A DNA stretch of 64,000 nt from the IMG/VR virus record IMGVR_UViG_3300034061_002899; one strand, given 5' to 3'. The notes below the pieces were generated by a model that was not told the DNA's origin, did no database searches, and saw only the letters and a list, made by a program, of their open reading frames with translations. This DNA is from a virus. A program made the translations under genes and the position numbers. Shown piece by piece: positions 9,612-20,151 of this stretch (position 1 is the stretch's first letter; each line of letters starts with the position of its first letter).

Positions 9612-9754
9612 TGGAAATTATTCTACTATCAGTATCCGCATTTTGCGGATATTGTGCCTATAACTGTTTCAGAGTTGGTAATGACTTTTGGGGCTGGGCT
9701 AATCTTTTTATGAGTTCATGGAACTTTGCAAATTATTTGAATAAGGTAATGTAA
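9608..9754 (+). CDS. Small hydrophobic protein (48 aa, not in ORF track)
   Basis: MMEIILLSVSAFCGYCAYNCF...; ATGA and TAATG coupling to neighbours. Confidence 0.6.
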   Translation: MMEIILLSVSAFCGYCAYNCFRVGNDFWGWANLFMSSWNFANYLNKVM

Positions 9755-10071
9755 TGATTAAACTACATCAAAAGTATAGACCAATTGAACTTAATAAAAA
9801 ATATCGAATCCATTATCGGTTAGAGACAGGTAGAAGTGAATCATATAATTGGCGTAGCCGTGTAAGATGGTATCCTGCAGGATGGAGAGTCAATCGTCAA
9901 ACATTAGGTAGACTTTTTAGTCGTTTACATTATTTAGGTTGTCATTCGCCCGGACCAATTCAAAAGAAATGGTATAAAGTGTATAATCAATTTGAAGAAA
10001 AATATTTCGCAACAAAAGGTAAGGCTAGTAAGCGTTACCAAGAAAACAATACAGCATATAAATGGTTATGA
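9754..10071 (+). CDS. Hypothetical basic protein
   Basis: ORF coupled to neighbours. Confidence 0.65.
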   Translation: MIKLHQKYRPIELNKKYRIHYRLETGRSESYNWRSRVRWYPAGWRVNRQTLGRLFSRLHYLGCHSPGPIQKKWYKVYNQFEEKYFATKGKASKRYQENNTAYKWL

Positions 10072-10910
10072 AAATCGCATTATGCAGTGACCTGCATTTA
10101 GAGTTTGAAGATATTGACCTCAAGAACACCGAAGGTGCTGAGGTCCTTATCCTATCGGGTGATATTATGATTGCAGAAGACCTGCACAATCATCCTGAAG
10201 AAAAGGTTCGTATTGCGGCAATGATTGACATTCTTGGTCGCCGACAAGAAATTGCTCAACGATTCCGTGACTTCCTAAAACGATGTAGCAAAGAGTTCCC
10301 TCATGTTGTTTATGTTGCAGGCAACCACGAATTCTATCACGGACGTTGGAAAGAAAGTCTAACACATTTACGTGAGGAATGTGACAAGTTTCCTAATGTT
10401 TACTTTTTGGAACGTGATGTAAAGGTTATCAATGAAGTGTCCTTTATTGGTGCTACATTGTGGACTGACATGAACAAGGGTGATCCACTTACGCTACATG
10501 CAATTAATGACATGATGAACGATTTTCGTATCATTCGCAATGATGAACATGGATATACTAAATTGCGGCCTGCTCATGCTATGCATCGTCACCATCAAAC
10601 ATTAAGTTATTTGAAGGCTGTACTACCTGATATGAAAGATAAAAAAGTTGTATTTGTAGGCCACCATGGTCCTTCTGCAATGAGTACACATCCGCGCTAT
10701 GCAGGTGATTACTTAATGAACGGTGGTTATCGTAGTGAACTAAGTGAAATGATTCTGGATAATCCACAAATTAAATTATGGACTCATGGTCACATGCATG
10801 ACCCATTTGACTATATGATAGGTACAACCAGAGTAGTATGTAATCCTCGGGGTTATTCAGGCCATGATCCTCAAGCAGATGTGTTTGAGTTAAAGTTTTT
10901 GGATATCTAA
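10068..10910 (+). CDS. Calcineurin-like metallophosphoesterase
   Basis: SDLHLE, SGDI, AGNHEFY, GHHGP, HGHMH, NPRGY. Confidence 0.92.
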   Translation: MKIALCSDLHLEFEDIDLKNTEGAEVLILSGDIMIAEDLHNHPEEKVRIAAMIDILGRRQEIAQRFRDFLKRCSKEFPHVVYVAGNHEFYHGRWKESLTHLREECDKFPNVYFLERDVKVINEVSFIGATLWTDMNKGDPLTLHAINDMMNDFRIIRNDEHGYTKLRPAHAMHRHHQTLSYLKAVLPDMKDKKVVFVGHHGPSAMSTHPRYAGDYLMNGGYRSELSEMILDNPQIKLWTHGHMHDPFDYMIGTTRVVCNPRGYSGHDPQADVFELKFLDI

Positions 10911-11006
10911 ATGAAACAAGGTGTCCAGAATATATTGTATGATAACAGAAAGTATCGTATAATCTATGTACGTTGTGACAACAACGAAATTTTAAAGGAA
11001 AATAAA

Positions 11007-11267
11007 ATGAACGTAACTAAGCAAACAGCCTTGTTGAAGGCTCTTCAAAACGGTGAGCAACTTACCGCAAAGCAAATCACAAGCCGTTTCGGTATTGCTA
11101 ACCCAACAGCAACCGTAAGCGACCTTCGCATCCGCGGTGGTTTTGCTGTTTACGCTAACAAGCGTACAAACAAGCGTGGTGAGACATTCACTAAGTACCG
11201 TTTGGGTACACCAGCCCGTGCAGTTGTAGCCGCAGGTTACAAGGCCTTGGCAATGGGTCTAGTTTAA
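11007..11267 (+). CDS. Winged HTH DNA-binding protein
   Basis: LTAKQITSRFGIANPTATVSDLR; AAGGA RBS before ATG 11007. Confidence 0.75.
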   Translation: MNVTKQTALLKALQNGEQLTAKQITSRFGIANPTATVSDLRIRGGFAVYANKRTNKRGETFTKYRLGTPARAVVAAGYKALAMGLV

Positions 11268-11286
11268 TCTTTAACTAGATTGGGTT

Positions 11287-11309
11287 AAAAGGGCGTTTAT
11301 CGCCCTTTT
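11287..11309 (+). terminator. Rho-independent terminator
   Basis: AAAAGGGCG-TTTAT-CGCCCTTTT. Confidence 0.8.
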
Positions 11310-11314
11310 CCTAC

Positions 11315-11343
11315 TTGCGTTTAATTCAAAAGTGTGCTATAAT
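11315..11343 (+). promoter_or_regulatory. sigma70 promoter
   Basis: TTGCGT-17-TATAAT with TG extension. Confidence 0.65.
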
Positions 11344-11374
11344 AACACACGCACTAATTTTATAGGAGTAATCA

Positions 11375-11902
11375 ATGGGTTTATTTCACAGAATAATGAA
11401 CAAGATAGGTCGTTATCGTTTGATTCCAGATCGCCGCACTGGTCAAGATTATATGCACCGTTATTATTTATTTTTAAAAGACCGTAGTTGGTTCCCCTTC
11501 AATGTTACACTACACAAAATTGTGCGTAGTGATGATCCTATCATGCACGATCATCCCTGGCCTTATTTGACAATCGTACTCAAAGGTGGTTACTGGGAAC
11601 ATACTCCAGTCTTTGATAATAACGGAAATATGTTTGCTGAATTTCAAACATGGCGTGGTCCTGGTAGTATCATTTATCGCAAAGCAAATGACTATCATTG
11701 GCTTGAACTTGAAAATGATAAGCCAGCTACTACATTATTCTTTATGGGACCGCAACAACGTGATTGGGGTTTTTTAACTAACACAAAGACAGGAAAAAAT
11801 CGCTGGATTCAATGGGAATTGTATTTGACTAACTATAAAGAATATCATAAACGATACATTGAACCTAAGATTACACAAATGGCAAACAAAAAGAAGGATT
11901 GA
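11375..11902 (+). CDS. Cupin-fold phage protein
   Basis: LHKI..SDD..HDHPW...GGYWE...YHWLEL...TLF..GP. Confidence 0.75.
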   Translation: MGLFHRIMNKIGRYRLIPDRRTGQDYMHRYYLFLKDRSWFPFNVTLHKIVRSDDPIMHDHPWPYLTIVLKGGYWEHTPVFDNNGNMFAEFQTWRGPGSIIYRKANDYHWLELENDKPATTLFFMGPQQRDWGFLTNTKTGKNRWIQWELYLTNYKEYHKRYIEPKITQMANKKKD

Positions 11903-11904
11903 TT

Positions 11905-12117
11905 ATGACTGATAGATTTGATTTAGAACAACATATTATGAAATGCTGGAATGTTACTGAGGATATTGACTTACTCAATTACAATGTATTAGAGAAGGAC
12001 ATGTCCAAAGATGATATCAGCAATTTCTTACTTGGATTAAAAACAATTTACGAATGCAAGTTTAATAACTTGTTTGATAATTTTAGTGAACTAATTGAGA
12101 ATGGAACAATCAAATGA
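11905..12117 (+). CDS. Hypothetical protein
   Basis: DRFDLEQHIMKCW; AAGGA RBS. Confidence 0.75.
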   Translation: MTDRFDLEQHIMKCWNVTEDIDLLNYNVLEKDMSKDDISNFLLGLKTIYECKFNNLFDNFSELIENGTIK

Positions 12118-12395
12118 ACGAAGATACTAGAGAAATATTATTGATTTTGCAAGAGGAATGTGCAGAAGTAACACAAGCTGTTAGCAAGTGTTTTAGATTT
12201 GGTCCAGATCAAATGAAACCCAATAAACCAATGACAAACATTCAAATGCTTGAAGAAGAATTGGGTGACCTGTTAGCAATGATAGAGTTATTAACTGATA
12301 ACAATGTAGGTGTTACTACTGAGGGTTTAACTAAAGCAAAGAAAAAGAAATTTGAAAAACTTAAACAATGGTCTAATTTAAAAATTAATAAATAA
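12114..12395 (+). CDS. MazG-like NTP pyrophosphohydrolase
   Basis: LQEECAEV...LEEELGDL. Confidence 0.8.
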   Translation: MNEDTREILLILQEECAEVTQAVSKCFRFGPDQMKPNKPMTNIQMLEEELGDLLAMIELLTDNNVGVTTEGLTKAKKKKFEKLKQWSNLKINK

Positions 12396-12401
12396 ACTAC
12401 T

Positions 12402-12770
12402 ATGCTAGAAATTATCGTTATTGGTCTTATATTTTGGATAGGTTATGAAATTGGTGTAGGTGTTACAGCCTATAGGTTGCGACACTTAGTTTATAGAGAA
12501 GCAAAGAGAATTGGGTTGCTTAAAGAAATCGATACTGAATTAGAAGAAAATCCTATCGTTGAACAACTATATGTAGAAAAAACAAACGACATTTTGTATT
12601 TGTATAATAAGGAAGACAAAACATTTTTATGCCAAGCCAAATCATTAGATGAGCTTGCTACACTTTCAATGAAGTATAATAATGTTAAGTATGCCGCTGT
12701 AATGATCGGTGAAGAAATTTATGCGTTTGTTGATGGTAAAGTTAAATCAGAAAAAGAAGTTATTAAATGA
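12402..12770 (+). CDS. Hypothetical protein with N-terminal TM helix
   Basis: Hydrophobic N-terminus. Confidence 0.7.
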   Translation: MLEIIVIGLIFWIGYEIGVGVTAYRLRHLVYREAKRIGLLKEIDTELEENPIVEQLYVEKTNDILYLYNKEDKTFLCQAKSLDELATLSMKYNNVKYAAVMIGEEIYAFVDGKVKSEKEVIK

Positions 12771-13306
12771 AAATTAATATTGGCAAATTCAAAAAGACTA
12801 ATGATCGTAGAAAAAGTAATATACAGATTGATAGATACGACACTTGGAGCTTAGATCACACCCTAGCATTAATTATCTATCCTGCATTGATACAACTTAA
12901 AGCAACAAAGCAAGGCATTCCTGGTGAGTTTGTGGAAGGTGTCGGTGGTGAGGATTATATTGACCAAGATAGTTTTGACTTTTATAAAGAGACTCACCAA
13001 GAATCTTGGAACACTGCCGCAGAACGATGGGATGCAGTGCTTGATAAAATGATTTGGTCATTTGAACAATTACTTAAAGGTGACTATGATGAAAAATATC
13101 ATCACGGTAAAAGTGATTATGATTGGGTTAAAAGTAATAAACAATATCACAATCCATTAACTGGTAAAATGGAAGATACATTTCAAATGGTCGACAAAGA
13201 TCCCGATAGTCATTGGTATGATAGTGAAGGGCACAAACTACACGATGAACGAATACAAGAAGGACTTGAACTTTTTGGTAAATATTATCGTAGTCTCTGG
13301 GATTAA
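12767..13306 (+). CDS. Conserved phage hypothetical protein
   Basis: DTWSLDHTLA...LDKMIWSF...EGLELFGKYYRSLWD. Confidence 0.8.
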   Translation: MKINIGKFKKTNDRRKSNIQIDRYDTWSLDHTLALIIYPALIQLKATKQGIPGEFVEGVGGEDYIDQDSFDFYKETHQESWNTAAERWDAVLDKMIWSFEQLLKGDYDEKYHHGKSDYDWVKSNKQYHNPLTGKMEDTFQMVDKDPDSHWYDSEGHKLHDERIQEGLELFGKYYRSLWD

Positions 13307-13307
13307 T

Positions 13308-13547
13308 ATGTTTGACAAACTAGCAAAGCAACTAGACTTACAAACTCTAGGTAAGGGACAACAAGATTTTAAAATTAGTAAACAAGAATTTGAAGATTTT
13401 TGCAAAGGGTTTCTTTTTGAACAGATTAAAGGTGATCTTAAATTAGGTGATGCCTTTTGCAAAAAGTATAACGAATCAAATTATGTGCTAAGTATATTAC
13501 CCGACGATAGCGCAAGAGAACACATTAGGAAATTTTACGTAAAATGA
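13308..13547 (+). CDS. Hypothetical protein
   Basis: Start revised to ATG 13308 just after upstream stop. Confidence 0.7.
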   Translation: MFDKLAKQLDLQTLGKGQQDFKISKQEFEDFCKGFLFEQIKGDLKLGDAFCKKYNESNYVLSILPDDSAREHIRKFYVK

Positions 13548-13876
13548 CACACTTAGTAACAGAAGCCTGCATTAATTGCAAATACACAGATTGTGTAGTA
13601 GTATGCCCCGTAGATTGTTTTTATGAAGGACCAAACTTCTTAGTTATTAATCCAGACGAATGCATTGATTGTGGTGTGTGTATTCCTGAATGCCCAGCCA
13701 AAGCAATTGTAACAGATGATGAAATTAAAGATCCTGCCGAACTTAAAAAATGGTATGATATTAATGAAGAACTTTCGGCGAAATGGCCTAATATTACAAA
13801 ACGTAAAGAACCACTACCAAGTGCAGATGAGTGGCAGAATAACAAAAACAAATTGATTTACCTTCAAAAAGAATGA
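13544..13876 (+). CDS. fdxA: 7Fe ferredoxin (FdxA type)
   Basis: [21 protein letters not shown]...[21 protein letters not shown]. Confidence 0.95.
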   Translation: MTHLVTEACINCKYTDCVVVCPVDCFYEGPNFLVINPDECIDCGVCIPECPAKAIVTDDEIKDPAELKKWYDINEELSAKWPNITKRKEPLPSADEWQNNKNKLIYLQKE

Positions 13877-14373
13877 AACATAAATTTATAGACTATTACA
13901 TGGATATCGCTGATCTAACTAGTAAACTAAGTTCAGCAATTAGATTAAACGTCGGTGCAGTTATCGTTAAAGGTAACAAAATTCTAGGTACAGGATACAA
14001 TGGTATGCCAACTGGATGGACTAACGAGTGTGAATATAAAGAATATATGCCCGGTGATAATTTAGATGGGCAACTATATCCATTAGAAGAATACGATCCT
14101 ACAGTTGAAAGTAATCGTAGATATAGATTAGTTACTAAGGATGAGGTATTACATGCGGAAATGAACGCAATTGCTAAAGTGTCCGCAAGTACAGAATCTA
14201 GTGAAGGTTCTACACTATTCATTACACATGCACCATGTATCCATTGCGCTAAAGCAATCTATCAATCTGGTATCAAAAATGTATTCTATAGAGAAGCATA
14301 CAGAGATACTAAAGGATTAGAGTTCCTTGAACAGGGCGGAGTCAATGTCACCAAATACCCAATTCAAGACTGA
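13873..14373 (+). CDS. dCMP deaminase
   Basis: [23 protein letters not shown]. Confidence 0.92.
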   Translation: MKHKFIDYYMDIADLTSKLSSAIRLNVGAVIVKGNKILGTGYNGMPTGWTNECEYKEYMPGDNLDGQLYPLEEYDPTVESNRRYRLVTKDEVLHAEMNAIAKVSASTESSEGSTLFITHAPCIHCAKAIYQSGIKNVFYREAYRDTKGLEFLEQGGVNVTKYPIQD

Positions 14374-14545
14374 AATTTCAATTGGATATGGGGAATTGAA
14401 ACCCGTCATTGATTGGTGTCAGAGAAACTGTGCTAATGATTGGGGATATGATTGCAAGTTCCCGGCTGGTCGTGATGCTGGATATTATGATTTTTATTTT
14501 GAAACTGAATCTGACTATATTAACTTTATACTTTGGAAGAAATGA
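14345..14545 (+). CDS. Hypothetical protein
   Basis: IDWCQRNC...FYFETESDYINFILW phage-type small domain. Confidence 0.7.
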   Translation: MSPNTQFKTEISIGYGELKPVIDWCQRNCANDWGYDCKFPAGRDAGYYDFYFETESDYINFILWKK

Positions 14546-14820
14546 AATACTATACTTTTTACCGTGAAAATAATATCTTTACTGATATTGAAACAGATCC
14601 TATTGTAAAGAGATTTGCAGATACAAAAATTAGATGGTATCAACATTATATGATTGGTATTAGTACCTATGTCAAAGATAGCGACCAATATTTTAGTCTG
14701 CTTACACTAAAATACGGTGACGATATGATTCAATCAGTATGCAAAGATTATTCTCCTGTACCCGGAGTAGACTATATGCCTAAGCGTGATGCTAACAAAT
14801 ATAAACGCTTATTACCATGA
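14542..14820 (+). CDS. Hypothetical protein
   Basis: ATGA coupling. Confidence 0.7.
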   Translation: MKYYTFYRENNIFTDIETDPIVKRFADTKIRWYQHYMIGISTYVKDSDQYFSLLTLKYGDDMIQSVCKDYSPVPGVDYMPKRDANKYKRLLP

Positions 14821-15182
14821 TTACTTCAATTTTACTCTTACTACTATTATTGCAATTAAAACATTGGTATATTGATTTTGTTAATCAATCAAACATTGAA
14901 ATTGCTAGTAAAGGTATTTATGGTGATAGTGTCGGCCTTAACCACAGTATTAAGCATGGTATAGGAACGTTGTTATGTATTACTATTGTTACCGGTACAA
15001 ACTACATTGCATTTGCTAGTATTCTAGCATTGTTAGATTGTATGATTCACTATCACATTGATTGGATTAAATCTAATTATGGTTGCAAAGATACAAATCA
15101 AAAGTCATTTTGGGTTGATCTTGGGTTAGATCAGATGATGCACCAACTAACTTATATATTAATTGCTTATCTTGTTATTTGA
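14817..15182 (+). CDS. DUF3307-like membrane protein
   Basis: KHWYIDF..Q, HSIKH, HYHIDWIK, GLDQMMH. Confidence 0.75.
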   Translation: MITSILLLLLLLQLKHWYIDFVNQSNIEIASKGIYGDSVGLNHSIKHGIGTLLCITIVTGTNYIAFASILALLDCMIHYHIDWIKSNYGCKDTNQKSFWVDLGLDQMMHQLTYILIAYLVI

Positions 15183-15904
15183 GATAACATTCGTGCTTCA
15201 GGAATACGTGTCTTTGTATTCTTACTTCCCAATAATACAACTGTTCTAATACCCTGCGCTGTATCTAACATCATAACAATACAGCCTCCTGCTTTACTAA
15301 TAAATCCTGTCTTACTAACTAAAAAGTTATAACCATTACCAACTAAACTGTTTGTGTTTCTAAACTCAACAGATTTCTTTTTGTTTAATGACCAACGAAC
15401 AGCATCCATATTACTTGCCGCAACAATCAATGGGTAACCACTTGCGGCAAATACTAACTTAATTAAATCTTCGGCTGTGCTTACGTTAGTATGATATCTA
15501 CCAGTTGGATCAGTAAAAACACTATTGTTCATTTGTAGTAATATTGCTTTGGTATTCATTGCTTCTACACAACTTTTATATCCACCGGGATAATAGTCAC
15601 ATAACATTTTTGCGGCATTGTTATCACTCTTTACAATTGCTAAGTCAATTAATGTTTCTCTTGTTAATTGTTTATTGTATAACTTCTTTGGGATAATTTC
15701 TGTTAGTGATTGACCACTATCTAATACAACCATTGCTGTCATTAGTTTAGTAATACTGGCTATGCTACGAACTTCAGTAGTGTTTGATCCTTCAAGTATC
15801 TTTCCATTGCTATCAGCTACTAACCATGCTTGTGCTGTTAATGATTGATTAGCATATGCTGAACTGGTTACCAATACTAAGATTGCTATCAGTTTTTTAA
15901 TCAT
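15167..15904 (-). CDS. D-alanyl-D-alanine peptidase, peptidase S11 (PBP7/PbpG-like)
   Basis: Signal peptide; IASITKLMT (SxxK), SDN (SxN), KTGF (KTG). Confidence 0.92.
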   Translation of the reverse strand: MIKKLIAILVLVTSSAYANQSLTAQAWLVADSNGKILEGSNTTEVRSIASITKLMTAMVVLDSGQSLTEIIPKKLYNKQLTRETLIDLAIVKSDNNAAKMLCDYYPGGYKSCVEAMNTKAILLQMNNSVFTDPTGRYHTNVSTAEDLIKLVFAASGYPLIVAASNMDAVRWSLNKKKSVEFRNTNSLVGNGYNFLVSKTGFISKAGGCIVMMLDTAQGIRTVVLLGSKNTKTRIPEARMLSQITR

Positions 15905-16227
15905 ATGTTTGGTCCTTTCTTATAAGGCACGAGCTTCATGTCGTCCCCTAATCCTACAATGCATGATAGATTATTTTTAGTTGCTACTATAGTCCAATTA
16001 TTGTCAACTGGATTTATCCAAACACTGACTATGGATTTGACGGCATCACCTGCTTTACCCGTCATGACGGGCATCTCTTTGTACTTTTCTCTTAAGGATT
16101 TGAATAACTCAGATGAATCATAGCAAGGTAAATCTATTTCAACCTTGTCCTTAATTTCTTGCGAGTAGGAATTACTTGCTAGTAGCCCTGTACACACCAT
16201 CCCAATCAGTAGGCAAATTGTTTTCAC
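15901..16227 (-). CDS. Secreted hypothetical protein
   Basis: Signal peptide; two Cys in the mature part; 56-nt overlap with cyclase 3' end. Confidence 0.7.
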   Translation of the reverse strand: MKTICLLIGMVCTGLLASNSYSQEIKDKVEIDLPCYDSSELFKSLREKYKEMPVMTGKAGDAVKSIVSVWINPVDNNWTIVATKNNLSCIVGLGDDMKLVPYKKGPNI

Positions 16228-18223
16228 GTAGTTCTCCTATTCGTGCTATCATTATATCATAATAGTGGTCCATGTGCGAATCAAATTCACCCTTTAATTG
16301 ATCTATCATGTGTAATGCTTGATCCCATTTCTGTTCCCTATAGTAATCTATCATCAAGTCATGTAATTCACGTGCTGATAGATATTCTGCCATGCTGTTT
16401 GGATCAGTCTTTAATGGCGTGTAGATATTTAATCCGATTGTTTTACCCTTCACAGCAATACAATCTAGTTCTAAGGTAAAGATTTCATCCTTAACTTGTT
16501 CATTGGTATTAGGACCAATGATACATAACACACCATAACCCTTAGTCTGTCCTTCTAATCTAGCCGCAGTAGAAACGCTGTCGCCTAACACATCATAGCC
16601 AAACTTAGTCTTAGCACCTATATTGCCAATCAATGTTTCACCTGTGTTAACACCTGCACCCATGCCAACTGGTGGACGGCCATTGGAGGTCAACTCTTTA
16701 TTGAATTCTTCAATAGCATCAATCATTTGCATGGCAGTATTAACAGCAGTTACCGCATGTTTACTATCATCTAATGGAGCACCATGCACATGCAAACTTG
16801 CGTCACCAATAAACTTAATTAATGTACCATCATTCTTTAATACCGGTACACTTAATGCGGTCATGTAGTCATTCATAATCTGTGTCAAGCCTTCAACATC
16901 ATCACCAAAACTTTCACCTAAACTAGTGAAGCCACGCAAGTCAGTCATAACAATAGATAGTTCACGCTTCTCACCGCCTAATTTAATTAAGCTAGGATCT
17001 TTTTGTAATCGTTCAACGATTGTTGGATTAACATAACTACCAAATTGTTTCTTAATCTGTTGCTTCTGTAAGAATTCACTTACAAACTTAACAGTATAAG
17101 CATGAAGATAAACCAAACCAATGCCACCAACAGGGGCGGTAATATCATAGAGCCATAGATTGGATGTGAATAGATATGACGCAACATAATGACTAGAAGC
17201 AAGAACAATAATAACTGGGATAAAAGCATATGTCCACCTTGATAAAAATATAACTAATAAACCTAACGCTAGTATAGCGATAAGTTCTACACCGTCTGCA
17301 TAATCAGGTCTTTCAATAACAACTTTGTTAAACATTGTACCTATTACACTTGCTTGAACATCATGTGGCCATACACTACCTTTACTTGTTGGTACGGGGT
17401 TGTTTAGTCCACTTGCTGTCAATCCTACAATAACAATAGCACCATCAAAGTCTTTTGGTAGTTCCATTAATGAAACTGATTTACTTTGTTGACTGTAATC
17501 AATCCAAATGCGACCCAAGTTATCTGTAGTGATAGGGCCGAACTTAGGTATACGCATTTTCTCTACACCGTTCTCATTTAGTTTAACTTGAAATGTTGTA
17601 TCGCCGGCTGCCGCTCTTAATACTTCCATACTTAAACTTGGATAGAGTTTACCATCTACACTAGCAATCAATGGAATACGTCTATTGACACCATCAATCT
17701 CCGGTAATGTATTAACTGTACCAACACCATAAGCACTGTTTTCTAATACAGGCACGTTAGCAATGATGCCAGGATATTGAACGATTTGATCTAACCATTC
17801 AGGGGCTAATACTGCCGCACCTGGATTACGGGGTATGTTTTTTGTTTTGTCGCTTGGTACATTGGGAAGTATAACAGGATACTGTTTCATTGTACTTGCC
17901 AATTTAGTGTCTTGACCACTTCTATCAGTATCGGGCATTAATACATTAAAGACAACAAGTCCGGCGTTACGACTATATAGGTCTTCTATTATCTTTGCGT
18001 ATTCACCTCTAGGTAATGGCCATTGACCATACTTAGTAAGTGTTGCTTCATCTATATTGACTGTATAGATATTATTTTCTGTTGGGGCTTTGTTAGTGAT
18101 AAGAGTATCAAAATAGCGTAAGCGTACAGATTCTACGAAAGAAGGATCAGCAATTCTAATAGATAGCACAAATGCTAAGGTAAGAATAGCGGTCCAGGGA
18201 CTAAGTATAATTTTCTTAAACAT
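16172..18223 (-). CDS. CHASE2-domain class III adenylate/guanylate cyclase
   Basis: N-terminal TM, CHASE2 (IDEATL..YGQWPLPR, DGVNRR), 3 TM, TDLRGFT, KFIGDA, YDVLGDSVSTAARLEG, WDGV. Confidence 0.93.
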   Translation of the reverse strand: MFKKIILSPWTAILTLAFVLSIRIADPSFVESVRLRYFDTLITNKAPTENNIYTVNIDEATLTKYGQWPLPRGEYAKIIEDLYSRNAGLVVFNVLMPDTDRSGQDTKLASTMKQYPVILPNVPSDKTKNIPRNPGAAVLAPEWLDQIVQYPGIIANVPVLENSAYGVGTVNTLPEIDGVNRRIPLIASVDGKLYPSLSMEVLRAAAGDTTFQVKLNENGVEKMRIPKFGPITTDNLGRIWIDYSQQSKSVSLMELPKDFDGAIVIVGLTASGLNNPVPTSKGSVWPHDVQASVIGTMFNKVVIERPDYADGVELIAILALGLLVIFLSRWTYAFIPVIIVLASSHYVASYLFTSNLWLYDITAPVGGIGLVYLHAYTVKFVSEFLQKQQIKKQFGSYVNPTIVERLQKDPSLIKLGGEKRELSIVMTDLRGFTSLGESFGDDVEGLTQIMNDYMTALSVPVLKNDGTLIKFIGDASLHVHGAPLDDSKHAVTAVNTAMQMIDAIEEFNKELTSNGRPPVGMGAGVNTGETLIGNIGAKTKFGYDVLGDSVSTAARLEGQTKGYGVLCIIGPNTNEQVKDEIFTLELDCIAVKGKTIGLNIYTPLKTDPNSMAEYLSARELHDLMIDYYREQKWDQALHMIDQLKGEFDSHMDHYYDIMIARIGELRENNLPTDWDGVYRATSK

Positions 18224-18232
18224 TATTTAACC

Positions 18233-19654
18233 TTAAGGAATTGGTGTTATTGTATCAACGAAGGTACTATTTGCATCTACTAGTGATGAGCTGCCAGCGT
18301 TTATGTAAGTTACATTGGCACTATTCATAGTTGTTGTAATAGGTGTAAGATTAAGTACTGCATCAGTGTAGTTGATTGTATTATAATTAATAGTAATTCC
18401 ATTAACCACATATGTGCCGGTTAATGTGCCATCAGATGGCATCTTAAAAATAAACATATTATAATTATTTCCAGTTTGTTGATTTGCTTGCCCACCTATA
18501 GTCATAATACCTGAACTATCTAATACTATTGATAGTCCGTAAAGACCTACTATGCCTGCGGTAGAACTTCCTGAAAATACTCGTTGCCATTGCAATACAC
18601 CATTAGTATCATATTTTGCAATTAATCCGTTGTATATGTTTAATAGGCCAGTCACATACACATTTCCTGAACTATCTGTTGTAATACTTTGGTAAAAAAC
18701 AGAGCCGGTTGCATCATATAATTGTTTTTGCCATAATAGAGTGCCGGAAGTGTTATATTTTGCTATCATACCCACATTCAATGATGAGAATACATACGTA
18801 TTGCCACACACAAATATATTATTTGAACTATCAATTGCTATATCGTTAAATTGATTGCTGTTGGTACCTACATTATTAGCTAAACCTTTTTGCCATTGCA
18901 ATACCCCGGCACTATTATGTTTAACCAATACGGCTGTGTTATTACCACCAGTAACAGTACTACCTGCAATATATACACTACCGGTTGAATCAAGTGCCAC
19001 TGCATTAGAATTGTCGTTTGTGCCGATTGTTTCTATATCTCTTGCCCATATAATTGAACCAGATGTGTTATATTTTACTAATGTCATGCTAGTTGGTTGC
19101 GATCCAGTAGTAGGTCCTATAACTACATCTCCGGTAACATAAAAATTACTGGTACTTTTTTCTACAACTAAGCCGGTGCCAAATCGGGGCACAAATTTTG
19201 TAAACCCATATCCCAAGTCCTTCTGCCACTGTAATGAACCACTAGAATTATATTTTGCTATTTGAAAGGTACAATACTTAGTAGACGACAACCAATTTTT
19301 TGCAATAACTCCAGAAATATATACATTATTTGAACTGTCTGTGTCTATGGAATAGAATATATTATAATCACTACCGCTACTAGTAGACAAACTTTTTTGC
19401 CATGCAACCGTTTTATCTGAATTAAACTTTACAGTAACTCCTTGCGACCCTGTAGTATTATTAGTGCCGCCGCCGGTTACATATAAGTTATCAGAACTAT
19501 CATATGCTAATGCACTTGTCCCGTAAATACTAGAATCCATATTGTTAGGAGCACTTAAATTACTACCAAAAGTACGAGCATAATAGGGTGTGGGAGGCGG
19601 TGGCGGCGCCTCTATTTTTATTCCGGGTTCTAGTTTTAATCCTTCTAGTTGCAT
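18233..19654 (-). CDS. Beta-propeller repeat protein (SBBP-like), probable virion appendage
   Basis: Repeated DSSxNxYxxG..AKYNxxGxLxWQK units; N-terminal polyproline linker; GATAAATA late promoter at 19676-19683. Confidence 0.75.
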   Translation of the reverse strand: MQLEGLKLEPGIKIEAPPPPPTPYYARTFGSNLSAPNNMDSSIYGTSALAYDSSDNLYVTGGGTNNTTGSQGVTVKFNSDKTVAWQKSLSTSSGSDYNIFYSIDTDSSNNVYISGVIAKNWLSSTKYCTFQIAKYNSSGSLQWQKDLGYGFTKFVPRFGTGLVVEKSTSNFYVTGDVVIGPTTGSQPTSMTLVKYNTSGSIIWARDIETIGTNDNSNAVALDSTGSVYIAGSTVTGGNNTAVLVKHNSAGVLQWQKGLANNVGTNSNQFNDIAIDSSNNIFVCGNTYVFSSLNVGMIAKYNTSGTLLWQKQLYDATGSVFYQSITTDSSGNVYVTGLLNIYNGLIAKYDTNGVLQWQRVFSGSSTAGIVGLYGLSIVLDSSGIMTIGGQANQQTGNNYNMFIFKMPSDGTLTGTYVVNGITINYNTINYTDAVLNLTPITTTMNSANVTYINAGSSSLVDANSTFVDTITPIP

Positions 19655-19683
19655 AATAATCCTAATATAGTATAGTATTTATC

Positions 19684-20151
19684 TTATTGGCCCTGTTGAA
19701 CTGACAATTTGGCGCACCCACCGACTATTGCACAGTTGAAGTTTAATGTATATGATTGTTGAGTAGATCCACTTTGACTCAAACTTAACCCGGTTGGTAA
19801 TCCAGTTAATGTTACATTTGCTTGATGACCAGCACTTCCCTGCTGTAATATATCTACATCTTTATATCCACCAATTAAGTTTAATATGATAGAATGATTC
19901 CCGTTGTCTTTTTGTTGTAACAGAACTGTGTTATTACTATTGTTTACATTGGCTTGTATTGACTTATTGCCGCCGGTACTACGCTGTTCAATGTTAACAG
20001 TATTGAAAGAACCAGCACTATAATAGTTTATATAGTTTGTGCCGTTTCCTATTTGTTCTACCGTTAATGTATTGAAATTTCCCACTTGCTCAATATAAAC
20101 TTGAGCAAATGCTGAACTTGAGGATAGTAGTAATATTAATATTTGTTTCAT
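19684..20151 (-). CDS. Curlin-repeat secreted protein (CsgA/CsgB-like)
   Basis: Signal peptide; IEQVGNFN, VEQIGNGTN, LQQKDNGN, LQQGSAGH repeats. Confidence 0.65.
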   Translation of the reverse strand: MKQILILLLSSSSAFAQVYIEQVGNFNTLTVEQIGNGTNYINYYSAGSFNTVNIEQRSTGGNKSIQANVNNSNNTVLLQQKDNGNHSIILNLIGGYKDVDILQQGSAGHQANVTLTGLPTGLSLSQSGSTQQSYTLNFNCAIVGGCAKLSVQQGQ

